Assembly (NCBI GenBank): GCA_017546315.1
Contig: JAFYXH010000003.1
Coordinates: 1,536 to 65,535 of the forward strand
Direction of reading: 5' to 3'
Source: Alphaproteobacteria bacterium
GTDB taxonomy: Bacteria; Pseudomonadota; Alphaproteobacteria; RF32; CAG-239
Length of the DNA stretch: 64,000 nt
Made by a program: the position numbers and the translations under genes. Shown here piece after piece: positions 27,865 to 37,953 of this stretch; the first letter of the stretch is position 1, and each line of letters begins with the position of its first letter. Under the pieces are notes generated by a model. That model was given only the letters and a program-made list of their open reading frames with translations. It searched no databases and was not told the origin of the DNA.

Positions 27865-27924
27865 GTTCGAACCCCAGACCCACTGATTAAGAGTCAGTTG
27901 CTCTACCAACTGAGCTACGCACCC
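27849..27924 (-). tRNA. tRNA-Lys (anticodon CUU), 76 nt with encoded CCA
   Basis: The reverse complement is GGGTGCGTAGCTCAGTTGGTAGAGCAACTGACTCTTAATCAGTGGGTCTGGGGTTCGAACCCCCACGCGCCTACCA. It forms a canonical cloverleaf with anticodon loop CTCTTAA. Confidence 0.92.
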
Positions 27925-28271
27925 ATAATCAAAACAATACATACTATAATCAAAAGATTTTTAATTGCAACATTTTTTTTATTATTTTTTTATTAAAAAC
28001 GAAACAAATTAGGATTGAAGTGCTAATTTATTGATTTTAATGGATATGTTGTTTTATTTTTCTTTTTGTGGTTATGAATAAAATAAATAATCTCTACTTA
28101 TTTAAAATATTCCCAATCTCCTTTATACGAAGATTATTTGATTGATAAAGTATATCATATTCTCTTCAAAAGCACTAATGTTACATAAACTTTATATATT
28201 TATTATATAAAAAACTTGCAAAATAAAACACTTGTTATTAGTTTTAAGGAGCAAAATATAAAGGAGAAAAT

Positions 28272-29516
28272 ATGCAAATTTATAAAGTAGGTGGCGCTGT
28301 TCGAGATAAACTCTTGCATAAAACAAGTCAAGATAATGACTATGTTGTAGTAGGTTCCACTATAGAAGAAATGTTATCATTAGGCTATACCAAAGTAGGT
28401 AAAAGCTTTCCCGTATTCTTACATCCCATCACTAAAGAAGAATATGCACTAGCAAGAAAAGAGATAAAAAAGGGCTCACGTCATCAAGATTTTGAATTTA
28501 TTTTTACACCATCAATCACTCTAGAAGAAGATGCAATTCGTAGAGATTTTACTTGTAATGCAATATATGAAGATACAGCAACAGGAGAACTGATTGATTT
28601 TCACCACGGCATTGAAGATATCAAAAATAAAGTTTTGCGTCATATTTCTCCTCATTTTAAAGAAGATCCATTAAGGGTTTTAAGAGCCTGTAGGTTTGTT
28701 GCAACCCTAAATTTCTCTTTAGCTCCAGAAACGATATCAATCTGCCAAAAAATGGTAGAAGAGGGGGCAATACAGCATTTAAGTAAGGCAAGAATATTTC
28801 AAGAATTAGAAAAAGCATTAAGTTCGCCATATTTTTACCGATTTGTTGAAACCGCACGTCAAATAGGACTATTGCAAGAATTATTCCCTGAGGTAGAAAA
28901 ACTCTGGTCAATTCCTGAAAGAGAGGATTATCATCCAGAAAAAAATACCGGAACACATACACTTTTAGCATTAAAATCCGCAAACTCAAAGGATGCGGTG
29001 GTAAACTTTTCGATTCTTCTTCATGATATAGGTAAAACAAAAACCGATCAAACATTGTGGCCATCACATCATTTTCATGAAAATTTAGGCATAGATTTAG
29101 CAAAAAATATATTAAAACGCATTGATGCGCCTAAAATATATCAAGAGTTTATACCATTTGCTATACAAAATCATATGATAAGTCATAGTCAAAAATTAAA
29201 TAACCCCAAAAATTTAGCTAAAGTTGCTCTTTTCTTAGCTAAGCATCAAAAACAAAATTATTATCTTCGTTTTATAGATGTTTTAAGAGCAGATATAAAA
29301 GGAAGAGCAATAAAAGACTTAAATAATGAAGATAAAGAATTTCAAACCTTTATATCAATGTTTGAAAGGTATTATAACGCATCTCTTAAATCAAAAAACA
29401 ATCTTATAGAAGATTTTCCCTCTGTATTAGAAAAGCTAAAAAATAAACAAATAACAAATGACGAACTAAACGAAATAGTGGAAAAAGCCATTATAAAAGA
29501 AGCTAATTTTACTTAA
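28272..29516 (+). CDS. cca: CCA-adding tRNA nucleotidyltransferase with a C-terminal HD domain
   Basis: MQIYKVGGAVRDKLL...DNDYVVVG is nearly identical in pattern to the E. coli Cca N-terminus. The HD motif is LLHDIGK. Confidence 0.9.
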   Translation: MQIYKVGGAVRDKLLHKTSQDNDYVVVGSTIEEMLSLGYTKVGKSFPVFLHPITKEEYALARKEIKKGSRHQDFEFIFTPSITLEEDAIRRDFTCNAIYEDTATGELIDFHHGIEDIKNKVLRHISPHFKEDPLRVLRACRFVATLNFSLAPETISICQKMVEEGAIQHLSKARIFQELEKALSSPYFYRFVETARQIGLLQELFPEVEKLWSIPEREDYHPEKNTGTHTLLALKSANSKDAVVNFSILLHDIGKTKTDQTLWPSHHFHENLGIDLAKNILKRIDAPKIYQEFIPFAIQNHMISHSQKLNNPKNLAKVALFLAKHQKQNYYLRFIDVLRADIKGRAIKDLNNEDKEFQTFISMFERYYNASLKSKNNLIEDFPSVLEKLKNKQITNDELNEIVEKAIIKEANFT

Positions 29517-29620
29517 AAAACTCTTGGTGTAAAATTTAATTTTATCTTTAAAAAAATAAAATCGTGTTTAAAATAACTCAAAGAATTATTTTTAACTGAC
29601 AAATTATTTATGGTGTTGCT

Positions 29621-32600
29621 ATGGTAAAATCGCTAAAACTTGCTTTATTTTTAACTGTTTCATTGCAAACTCTTGCATTTGCAACCGAGATAACCACTAG
29701 TTCAACACCTTATAGTTTAGATGATGAAGTTGTAGAAAACTATAAATTAAAAGAAAGCTTAAATGAAGCTATATCTCCAAAACTTGAAGCATCTCAAGAA
29801 GAAGCAAATGCCAGCTTAAATAATGAAAATCCATCCACCATAGAAAAAGCAGTAAATAACGAAGTTAAAGAAGAAAAAACTTCAATAGCTCCAGAAGTTG
29901 TAGAAGATGTTCCCCAAATAATAACCGAGACAATCGAAGGTGGAATATTAGAAAAGTTAGTAACTAAAGAAGGCTTGGTTATTGCTGAGAAAAAAATAAT
30001 CAATAATGAAATAGTTGAACGAGTATTAAATGAGTATCACCCAAATCATGCTCTTGCACGTAAAATAATTTCCAAAGGGGAAGAAGATGGTAGCTTTTAT
30101 GCAGAAGAATATTATCCAAATGGCAAAAAGGCCTCAGAAGCTATTTATATAAATAATTTCACCAAACTTGGTATAGAAAAGAGGTTTGATACCAATGGAG
30201 TTCTTCGTCAGGAAATTCCTTGGGTAGAAGTATCTCCTAAATCTAGCAAAAAAAATGAAGAAAGAACAAGCAAAAGGGAAGGTTATCTAAATACCTATTA
30301 TCCAAATGGTAAAATAGCAGCATCCTTTGTTGTTGGTCAAAAAGGTAAAAACGTTTTTTATTCTCCAGAAGGAAGCGTAATAAGAGAAATAACAAATGCA
30401 GAACTTCTAGATTTCTCAAAGCAAGATTTATCAGCTAATTGTGAAGATGTTATTTTAGAATTAAGCTTAGAAGAATTAGTTGAGCTATATGAAGACGAAG
30501 GAGATATCTCTTATAATAAATGTGGTCTTCCATATAGAGAAAATTTCATCTATGAGATAAATAATATCAAGGGTAATAAAAATGTAAGAATAAGTTATGA
30601 CGAATTAGGAATGATAAGACGTCTAACTCCTTACACAGATGGTTATAAAAATGGCCTAGAACAAAAGTTTGATGCTCAAGGTAATTTAACTGCTGAAATT
30701 TCATATAAAAATGGTCAAAAGGAAGGCTTTGCAAATGGATTTTTCCCAACCCGAGAAATAGCATTCAGAAAAAGATATGAAGAAGGAAAAGTGGTTGGTG
30801 ATTTAACTTGTTACTTCCCAACAGGAGAAGTTGCTGCAACAATTCCTTATGTAGATGGCAAAAAAGAGGGAGTTGCTAAGGTTTCAAGTCCAACCCCACA
30901 AGAAATAACATTCAAACAAGATAAATTAGTTAATGCTCCATCAACTAAAAAAAGAACTCTTATCTCAAAATTAGGCAATTTCTCACAAGAAGATGAAAAG
31001 TGCCTCCAATTAGGTGAAAAGATAGCAAACCTCGATTTAGCAATAGAAGAAAAAAGAGCATCAATAGAAGATGCACTAACCATCATTCCACCACAAGGAT
31101 GTGAAGATTTCTCAAAATTCAAAAGTGAGCGTAGCAGATACGTATGTTATCATGAAGGCAAGTTAAAAGCATCATATCCACCAGCATATAACAAGGGACA
31201 TTTTGCAACACTTACATATTTTGATGATAACGCTATTAAAACCCATGACATACCTTATAATAGGAAGCAACGTCAAGGTGTGGCAAAACTTTATGCTCCA
31301 AATAATAAGGTGCTAAAAGAAATAAGCTATAATAAAGATGAACTATCAGATACAAGTCGTACTTTTTATGACAATGCAGAGATAAAAGATTTGTATTACA
31401 TCTCAGATGATAAACAACAACGTTTATACAATAGCTATACAGAAAACAGTCAATTAGAGTTCAGCTTAAGTTATGTTAAAAATCAAAAAAATCATGCTTA
31501 TTTGAGCCAAAGTGATAAAAATAAAGATATTTATATAGATTTTTATGACGATAAAATAGATGTTGTAAAAGAAATAAACCAAAAATCTCCTCAAAACTAT
31601 ATTGAATATAACCTAAGTCTTGGTGAGTATGGTGTTTATAAAGATGGAGAGATAATCAAAGCAGGTAAAATTTGTGGGTTAGATGAAGTATCACAAGATA
31701 TAAATATCATAACCCCAACAATACCAACAACACCAATCATTAGCCAAGAAGATTTACCTTTAATAGAAGATGATATTTCTCTTTCTAAAGCCGAAGAAAT
31801 AGAATTGTCATCAAATAACAACACAATAAACAACATTGAAAATGTATCTTCTCAATTAGACCAAACACTAGTTCCAACCAAAGAAAAAGAAGAAGAGCTA
31901 GAGCTCAAAGCACAAAATATTGGTCCAATATCTAAGCCAAATATCAATACCCTAACAAAGGTGGTTGATAAAGAAACAAAGGATGCAAAATCTCCAACAG
32001 TTAATGATGAAGAAACAAAAACTCAAAAACTATATTATCCTAACGGTAATATCAGAAAGATTGTAAAAACCAAACAAGGAAGAACAGAAGAAATAAAAGA
32101 ATTCTCTAAAACAGGTCTTTTATTGACAGATATGGTTTATAATCAAGATGGCATACTCATAGAAAAATATTATGGAACAGGTGAGCTACGTCGCAAAACA
32201 AGAAAGAGTTATCATGATAATATCATAACATCTTTCACCTCAAGAGAGGATTTCTATAATACCGGAAAGCCACGTTTCAATGTTTCTAAACAACCAGGGA
32301 CTTTATTGTTTGAAGATAAAGAATATTTCCCAAATGGTGAACTTAAAAAACAAACCAAGCAGTTATCACCACTACATTTTGTGATAACAGAATATAACGT
32401 TAACCAACAAAAAATCAAAGAAACAGAAATTTATGGTATAACCACACTCTCAAAGACTTATGATCAAGACAACCTAATAGAACTAACATTAAATAATGAG
32501 AAAATATCTAATAACTTAATCTCAAATAGTTCATCATTGCTCAAAGATAATTCTAATATATATGGTGATGGCGGAGCATTAGTTGCAGATTTTAAGCATA

Positions 32601-32959
32601 TAGATGATTATGATGTTATCTCAGAATATTATGAAGACAAGAAATTAAAATCAGAAATAATCTTATATTCAAATGGTGAAATAAGCATAAAATCATTCTT
32701 AAAAGATGGCACATTAGATAAATTCGCAAACCTAACACCAGATGGTAAGCTCTATCTAGAAAAGCCAGAAAGACGTGTAATTCCATCATATAGAGAACGT
32801 TATTGGGTAGATTATAACAATCCGAAGTGGGTAGAAAATAGTGATAAATATTCCATAATCTCGATAGGTGTACTAAACTTAGATATGGTATCATACATGT
32901 TAGCAGAACTTAAAATGGAAGTTCCAACTATGATAAAAAAGATATATTCGCTTTATTAA
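29621..32959 (+). CDS. Large secreted MORN/YwqK-type repeat protein (1112 aa)
   Basis: It has a signal peptide (LTVSLQTLAFA). Many Y(Y/F)PNG(K/N/E)...G..EG repeats are present, e.g. YYPNGKKASEAIY, YYPNGKIAASF, YFPTGEVAATIPYVDGKKEG, YYPNGNIRKIV and YFPNGELKKQTK. Confidence 0.7.
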   Translation: MVKSLKLALFLTVSLQTLAFATEITTSSTPYSLDDEVVENYKLKESLNEAISPKLEASQEEANASLNNENPSTIEKAVNNEVKEEKTSIAPEVVEDVPQIITETIEGGILEKLVTKEGLVIAEKKIINNEIVERVLNEYHPNHALARKIISKGEEDGSFYAEEYYPNGKKASEAIYINNFTKLGIEKRFDTNGVLRQEIPWVEVSPKSSKKNEERTSKREGYLNTYYPNGKIAASFVVGQKGKNVFYSPEGSVIREITNAELLDFSKQDLSANCEDVILELSLEELVELYEDEGDISYNKCGLPYRENFIYEINNIKGNKNVRISYDELGMIRRLTPYTDGYKNGLEQKFDAQGNLTAEISYKNGQKEGFANGFFPTREIAFRKRYEEGKVVGDLTCYFPTGEVAATIPYVDGKKEGVAKVSSPTPQEITFKQDKLVNAPSTKKRTLISKLGNFSQEDEKCLQLGEKIANLDLAIEEKRASIEDALTIIPPQGCEDFSKFKSERSRYVCYHEGKLKASYPPAYNKGHFATLTYFDDNAIKTHDIPYNRKQRQGVAKLYAPNNKVLKEISYNKDELSDTSRTFYDNAEIKDLYYISDDKQQRLYNSYTENSQLEFSLSYVKNQKNHAYLSQSDKNKDIYIDFYDDKIDVVKEINQKSPQNYIEYNLSLGEYGVYKDGEIIKAGKICGLDEVSQDINIITPTIPTTPIISQEDLPLIEDDISLSKAEEIELSSNNNTINNIENVSSQLDQTLVPTKEKEEELELKAQNIGPISKPNINTLTKVVDKETKDAKSPTVNDEETKTQKLYYPNGNIRKIVKTKQGRTEEIKEFSKTGLLLTDMVYNQDGILIEKYYGTGELRRKTRKSYHDNIITSFTSREDFYNTGKPRFNVSKQPGTLLFEDKEYFPNGELKKQTKQLSPLHFVITEYNVNQQKIKETEIYGITTLSKTYDQDNLIELTLNNEKISNNLISNSSSLLKDNSNIYGDGGALVADFKHIDDYDVISEYYEDKKLKSEIILYSNGEISIKSFLKDGTLDKFANLTPDGKLYLEKPERRVIPSYRERYWVDYNNPKWVENSDKYSIISIGVLNLDMVSYMLAELKMEVPTMIKKIYSLY

Positions 32960-33043
32960 AAATATTGACTAATTGCAAAAAACAAGTTAGACATAACACT
33001 TCAATAAAAAGTATTATGTACAATTTTTTTAATTCATATAATT

Positions 33044-33832
33044 ATGGAAAAAATAAGTATTGCAGAAATCGAACACTTAAGAAGTCAAGCAGTTGCTGAA
33101 AAACAAAAACATCGTTCAATTTTAGGAGAGATTGCTTCCCAGGAAAATACATGGTTAGCATCAGGACACAACGGTATGAAAGAAGAATTTCAATTAGAAA
33201 TTCTCGAAAGAAATCGCCAAGACGAAGTTAAGGCTTTACTTGTAAGTTTTGCACAGTCTAATCAAGAAAAAACAAGAAGAATGCTTTCACCAAGTTTTCA
33301 ATTAAAACTTTATGAAAAGCGCAACATAAGATTTGATTTGGTTCAATTTATGCTTCAAGAATGTCTTCTTTGTTCAGAACTTGAAAAGTTGTTAATTGAC
33401 GCTAGTAGCCCTTATATTTCAGATAAAAAATCTGGAGAAGGGGAGGAATATTTGCTTAACCAATATCTCGTAAAGCTCATAAAAGATGATGTGAAAACAT
33501 CTTTTGATGTAATCGAAAAGTATATCAAGTCTCACCGTTTCTCGCCATCAGCAGAAGAATTGTTTGTTAAAACAATATCTTCAGTAAGAAGTGGAAGAGA
33601 TTCAATAATTGATGCGACAGAAAAGCTGTTGAAAGATTACATCAGAAAGTATGGTGAATTGTGTGAAAATGCAGAAAATTGCTTGATAAAGAGCAATCAT
33701 CACAGTCTTATCATGTATTATCTAGAAAACTCAAAACAGAGTTTGTCTTACAATACATCAGTAGATTTGCTCTGCAAGCGTGGTAATAAGAAAGAGGTTG
33801 AACTTTATTTCAGACGTTTCGCATTACTCTAA
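33044..33832 (+). CDS. Hypothetical helical protein (262 aa)
   Basis: Long ORF with no recognisable motif. Confidence 0.45.
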   Translation: MEKISIAEIEHLRSQAVAEKQKHRSILGEIASQENTWLASGHNGMKEEFQLEILERNRQDEVKALLVSFAQSNQEKTRRMLSPSFQLKLYEKRNIRFDLVQFMLQECLLCSELEKLLIDASSPYISDKKSGEGEEYLLNQYLVKLIKDDVKTSFDVIEKYIKSHRFSPSAEELFVKTISSVRSGRDSIIDATEKLLKDYIRKYGELCENAENCLIKSNHHSLIMYYLENSKQSLSYNTSVDLLCKRGNKKEVELYFRRFALL

Positions 33833-33950
33833 TCTAGAAAATCTTCCTTTTTTAAGGGAGATTTTTTTTAACTTTATTTTCCAAAAATGTAATAAAATAA
33901 GCTCTTCAATTCCTTTTTGTTTGCTCTAAACCTTGTCAAGAAAATAGGTG

Positions 33951-33979
33951 TTGACAAATAAACAAAAAAGAGCTACACT
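33951..33979 (+). promoter_or_regulatory. Candidate sigma70-type promoter
   Basis: TTGACA (33951-33956), 17 nt of spacer, then TACACT (33974-33979), 45 nt upstream of ATG 34025. The same AGGTGTTGACAA context recurs at 26882-26893. Confidence 0.35.
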
Positions 33980-34024
33980 AAAACTCTACAAATAAAAGTA
34001 TGTTTAATTATTAAAAAAAACTTT

Positions 34025-34642
34025 ATGAAGAAGATTTTGTTTTTAGTAGCAATCTTTGTGATTGCATGCGTAGTAAACACTGCTAGCGCTCAGCAGGTAG
34101 AAGTAGTTAATCAAGATTTGTTGGATACTCAATTGGTTGAAATTGTAGATACAGATACTCCCAATCCGATTGATATTGCAGAGGCTGATTACTTCTGGTT
34201 CAAAACAGATGGATGTTGGTACAAATTTTCGTGGGACGGGGCGAGCCTCTCTGTTCTGTATGTATATGTGTCCGAAAAAGATGGAGCGGCACCAGTTCTT
34301 GCTGAGGGTTTTTTCCAGTACACACTAGATAGTGGTGGAAAAATCAACCTAACAGAAATAACTCCTGCTATATATGTTCAAACTTTTTCAGCCCGCACAG
34401 GCTGGAAAAATAAGGAAGCATATTCAGACTATTGGGTATTAGGGGGAGTAGAATACAAGAAGAAAAGTACTCATTATTCTGATATGGCGATGGGTGAAGT
34501 CGCAACAGAAGAAGATACATTTCTTTATGATTACGATCTTCTGATTGAAAAAAACAAAATCAGCTTGAAAATCTTAAGTTTCAGCATATCTAATCCAGAA
34601 CAGAAAAGGATTATTTATGAACGAGAGTTTATAGCTGATTAA
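34025..34642 (+). CDS. Secreted hypothetical protein (205 aa)
   Basis: It has a classic signal peptide, MKKILFLVAIFVIACVVNTASA/QQ. Confidence 0.5.
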   Translation: MKKILFLVAIFVIACVVNTASAQQVEVVNQDLLDTQLVEIVDTDTPNPIDIAEADYFWFKTDGCWYKFSWDGASLSVLYVYVSEKDGAAPVLAEGFFQYTLDSGGKINLTEITPAIYVQTFSARTGWKNKEAYSDYWVLGGVEYKKKSTHYSDMAMGEVATEEDTFLYDYDLLIEKNKISLKILSFSISNPEQKRIIYEREFIAD

Positions 34643-34653
34643 CTCTTAAAAAA

Positions 34654-34677
34654 AAGCCCCCTTAATGGAGGGCTTTT
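34654..34677. terminator. Bidirectional terminator hairpin
   Basis: AAGCCCCC-TTAAT-GGAGGGCTT (one bulge), lying between convergent genes. Confidence 0.5.
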
Positions 34678-34682
34678 CGCAT

Positions 34683-35213
34683 TTAAAAAGTCTCAAAATA
34701 AACTTTATCTTTTTTAAGTCTATCTTCAGGAACTTTGGGAGTCTCTTCAGGATATCCAATAGTTACAATCGCAACAGGAAGCATAGTTTCAGGCATATTG
34801 AACTTTTCTCTTAATCCACTAACAACCATCGGCATAGGAGCCGCTCCACAGAAACATGCGCCCAAGCCTTTAGCATGGCAAGCAAGCAAAAGATTTTGAG
34901 CAGCTAAAGCTCCATCAATTTGTGCATAGTTCCAGCCTTCCTTAGGGCGATTAAAAGTTTCTTCCATATCCGCACAAACAATAATTGCACAAGCAGCATC
35001 TTTTGCAAAAGAAGTCCATGGCTGTAAAGCACGCAAACTTTTCAAAGTTTCTTTATTTTCAATAACCAAGAAATGCCAAGGTTGTTTGTTATGAGCAGAT
35101 GGGGCATAACTCGCCGCTCTAATAAGTTCATAAATCTCATCTTTAGTTAGTGTTTTTTCTGGATTATATTTACGAATAGAACGACGACTCAAAAGTCCTT
35201 CATATAATTCCAT
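34683..35213 (-). CDS. Nitroreductase family protein
   Basis: LLSRRSIRKY and APSAHNKQPWHFLVI motifs. Confidence 0.85.
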   Translation of the reverse strand: MELYEGLLSRRSIRKYNPEKTLTKDEIYELIRAASYAPSAHNKQPWHFLVIENKETLKSLRALQPWTSFAKDAACAIIVCADMEETFNRPKEGWNYAQIDGALAAQNLLLACHAKGLGACFCGAAPMPMVVSGLREKFNMPETMLPVAIVTIGYPEETPKVPEDRLKKDKVYFETF

Positions 35214-35231
35214 ATTACTTCTCCTAAAAAA

Positions 35232-35840
35232 TTAATTAACTTGTTTCTTGAGCTCATCAATTTTTGGTAAAACCAAATGAATAATCAAGAAAGAAAAAAT
35301 TTCGTTTACTTTTTTATCCATATTAATGATAACCTTAAATATTTCATCATTAATATCATCCATTTTCTTTATTTTATTGGCAAGCATATAATACGCCTCA
35401 GCCAAATCAGATAAAGAATTTATAAGTTCACCTGCAAAGCTAGGAATATCAAGGCTTTCCAAACCGCCCCAAAATCCTTCCACAAAACCACATTCAATCT
35501 GTCTGCTTCTTTGATTGCATAACAAAATCAAATCTTCTTTAGAGCCTTTTAACGCTTTAGGTAAAACAAGTTCATTGTTTCTAATCTGAACAAACATTTC
35601 ATCCCAAAGTCCCATAAAGAATTTGAAGAACAAATTAGCTTCATCCTTGGTTTCAAGTCTTGGTTGCATATTCTCCTGAAATAAAGAAGAAATAACATCC
35701 GTAGGTCTCAAATTTACATTAGGCGAACAAATAGCACCAGCAAATTTAAGTTTAACCTCATAAATATCAGTAGGGCATTTATAATGGTTTAAAAAATTTT
35801 TAAACTTATCATCCCCAATATATACATTTTCACTTTGCAT
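35232..35840 (-). CDS. Hypothetical protein, possibly UPF0149 (YgfB/YecA N-terminal-like)
   Basis: The weak pattern FAGAICSPNVNLRPTDVISSLF...EANLFFKFFMGLWDEM resembles UPF0149. Confidence 0.3.
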   Translation of the reverse strand: MQSENVYIGDDKFKNFLNHYKCPTDIYEVKLKFAGAICSPNVNLRPTDVISSLFQENMQPRLETKDEANLFFKFFMGLWDEMFVQIRNNELVLPKALKGSKEDLILLCNQRSRQIECGFVEGFWGGLESLDIPSFAGELINSLSDLAEAYYMLANKIKKMDDINDEIFKVIINMDKKVNEIFSFLIIHLVLPKIDELKKQVN

Positions 35841-35884
35841 TTTAATTCTACTTCATATATAATGTCTAACATACTTGAATATAA

Positions 35885-36214
35885 TTGGAGATTTACAAAT
35901 TGTCCACACTTAAATTATCGTTATTATTTTTTATGTTAATCTTCTTAAATGCGTGCAATCAGTTTGCTCCATTTGAAGATAGAAGAAGAGAGCCTGCAAC
36001 AGAACGTATATATGTTGGTTCCTCAAAGCCAACGCATCCTGTAATTTGCTATAATCCATTGTTTCATAATAAAAACAAGGTAGAAGCTTTAGCTCAAGGA
36101 GTATGTTCAAAAAATGTTCCAGACTCAACTGCAACCTTAATAAAAGACGATTCTTTTTCTTGTAGATTATTTGTTCCCTCCAAAGCTTATTATGAATGTG
36201 TTGTTGATAAATAG
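35885..36214 (+). CDS. Putative lipoprotein (109 aa)
   Basis: Lipobox FLNAC. The TTG start is uncertain. Confidence 0.4.
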   Translation: MEIYKLSTLKLSLLFFMLIFLNACNQFAPFEDRRREPATERIYVGSSKPTHPVICYNPLFHNKNKVEALAQGVCSKNVPDSTATLIKDDSFSCRLFVPSKAYYECVVDK

Positions 36215-36246
36215 CATACATTCATAAAAAAAACAGGAGATAAAAG

Positions 36247-36957
36247 ATGAATATATATGTATTTGATATGGATGGAACATTAACCCCTGCACGTCAACCA
36301 ATGCAAAAAGATTTTAGTTTTAGATTTTTACCATGGTTGAAATCAAATTTAGCATACATTGCCGCAGGATCAAATTATGAAAAATTAACCGAACAGCTTC
36401 CACCAGATGTTGTATCATCATTTAGTGGTATTTTTAGTTCCATGGGCAATGTTTATCACAAAAAAGGCGTAGAAATATATAAAAATGAAATCAAGCTAGA
36501 TAAAGAAATGCTAAAATCATTAGAAAGATTTCGTAAAACAACAACATACGACGGCAAACTATACAATAATTATATGGAACTTCGTCCAGGTATGTTAAAC
36601 TTTAGTGTCTTAGGTCGTAATTGTCCTTTTTCTGAGCGTGAAAAATATCATGAATGGGATAACATACATCATGAGCGTGAAAAAATAGCCAAATACATGA
36701 ACGATAATTTCAAAGACTATGATTTTAGTCTTGGTGGTAAAATTTCAATCGATATAGTTCCAAAGGGCTTTGGAAAAGAGCAAATTGCTCACGTTATTCG
36801 TCAAACTCACCCTAATGATAAAATAATATTTATCGGAGATAGAGTAGTAGAAGGCGGAAACGACTATACATTAGCTCAGGCATTGCACGCTATGGAAAAC
36901 ACAGAAGTTGTTGCCGTAGAAAATCCAGAAGGTGTATTAGAGTATCTTAACCTCTAA
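36247..36957 (+). CDS. Eukaryote-type phosphomannomutase (HAD-IIB, PMM family)
   Basis: FDMDGTLTPARQ, RPGMLNFSVLGRNCPFSEREKYHEWD, SLGGKISIDIVPKGFGK and FIGDRVVEGGNDY parallel human PMM2 block by block, from my recollection. Confidence 0.8.
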   Translation: MNIYVFDMDGTLTPARQPMQKDFSFRFLPWLKSNLAYIAAGSNYEKLTEQLPPDVVSSFSGIFSSMGNVYHKKGVEIYKNEIKLDKEMLKSLERFRKTTTYDGKLYNNYMELRPGMLNFSVLGRNCPFSEREKYHEWDNIHHEREKIAKYMNDNFKDYDFSLGGKISIDIVPKGFGKEQIAHVIRQTHPNDKIIFIGDRVVEGGNDYTLAQALHAMENTEVVAVENPEGVLEYLNL

Positions 36958-37847
36958 AGGCTAACCATAACAACCCCTACGATAATAAGGGCATAACAAA
37001 TCACCTTTTTTGCCATAATCAAAGGGGTAATGGTTTCTTTAACTTTAATCCCGAAAACGTATTCTAATCCCAAACTTATAATTAACAAAAAAATGGGAGC
37101 CGTAGCGTTAATAGCAGAAGATACCACCGCAGATAATTGGGATAATCCATAGATACAACAAGTTGCTCCTAAAAAGCAAAACAACTCATTAACACAAAAT
37201 ATTTTGGTATTTTTTCTGTATTCATTAAATGCGGATTTAATCATTTTATTGTGCTTTTTGTCAAACAAAAATAAAAAAGGCAATAAAGAAGACATCGCAT
37301 TAACGTATATCACCATATTAATCCAACTACTATCATAATTGAAAGCATATTTTTCTAACACCACATAAAACGCTCTTAATAAAGAAACACCAACCATATA
37401 ATAAAAAGCTTTATTAAGCTTGAGGCCATAAAAATCATTTATACTAAGCACAACTGATGCAAAAATTATTATTCCAAATCCAATATACTGAAAAATATTT
37501 AGTTTTTCATCCAACAAGAAATAGGTTAAAACAGGAATAGTAATCTGTCCTAATGAAAAAAGGGCAGACACAATAGATGTATCAATTTCTTTCATCGCCT
37601 TATAATAAGGGAATAAATACATAACATCAATTACCGCAAGTATCAAATAAATCAATAGCATAAAAGGAGATACAAGGGTAGGTAGGCCAAATATTAGCAA
37701 TAATGGCAAAAACAAACAGTTCATCAATGATATATAAAAGATCATAGTAACTGGATGTTTAAAAATATTATTAGAAAGTTTGCATTCAATAATATTAGCA
37801 AACGAATAAAAAAATGGTGCAAATAATGCAATAACTAAAACAAACAT
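36954..37847 (-). CDS. EamA/DMT-superfamily transporter
   Basis: A 10-TM profile in two halves, with no soluble domain. Confidence 0.55.
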   Translation of the reverse strand: MFVLVIALFAPFFYSFANIIECKLSNNIFKHPVTMIFYISLMNCLFLPLLLIFGLPTLVSPFMLLIYLILAVIDVMYLFPYYKAMKEIDTSIVSALFSLGQITIPVLTYFLLDEKLNIFQYIGFGIIIFASVVLSINDFYGLKLNKAFYYMVGVSLLRAFYVVLEKYAFNYDSSWINMVIYVNAMSSLLPFLFLFDKKHNKMIKSAFNEYRKNTKIFCVNELFCFLGATCCIYGLSQLSAVVSSAINATAPIFLLIISLGLEYVFGIKVKETITPLIMAKKVICYALIIVGVVMVSL

Positions 37848-37906
37848 ACAAAACCAAAAATTATTAAAGATACTATTATAATAACCTCAATAATTTAAAA
37901 TGCCAC

Positions 37907-37939
37907 AAAAAAATCCCCAAAACTAAAAGTTAAGGGGAT
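37907..37939 (-). terminator. Rho-independent terminator
   Basis: ATCCCC-N15-GGGGAT with an A7 run on the + strand. Confidence 0.5.
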
Positions 37940-37953
37940 TAAAAGCAAGATTT

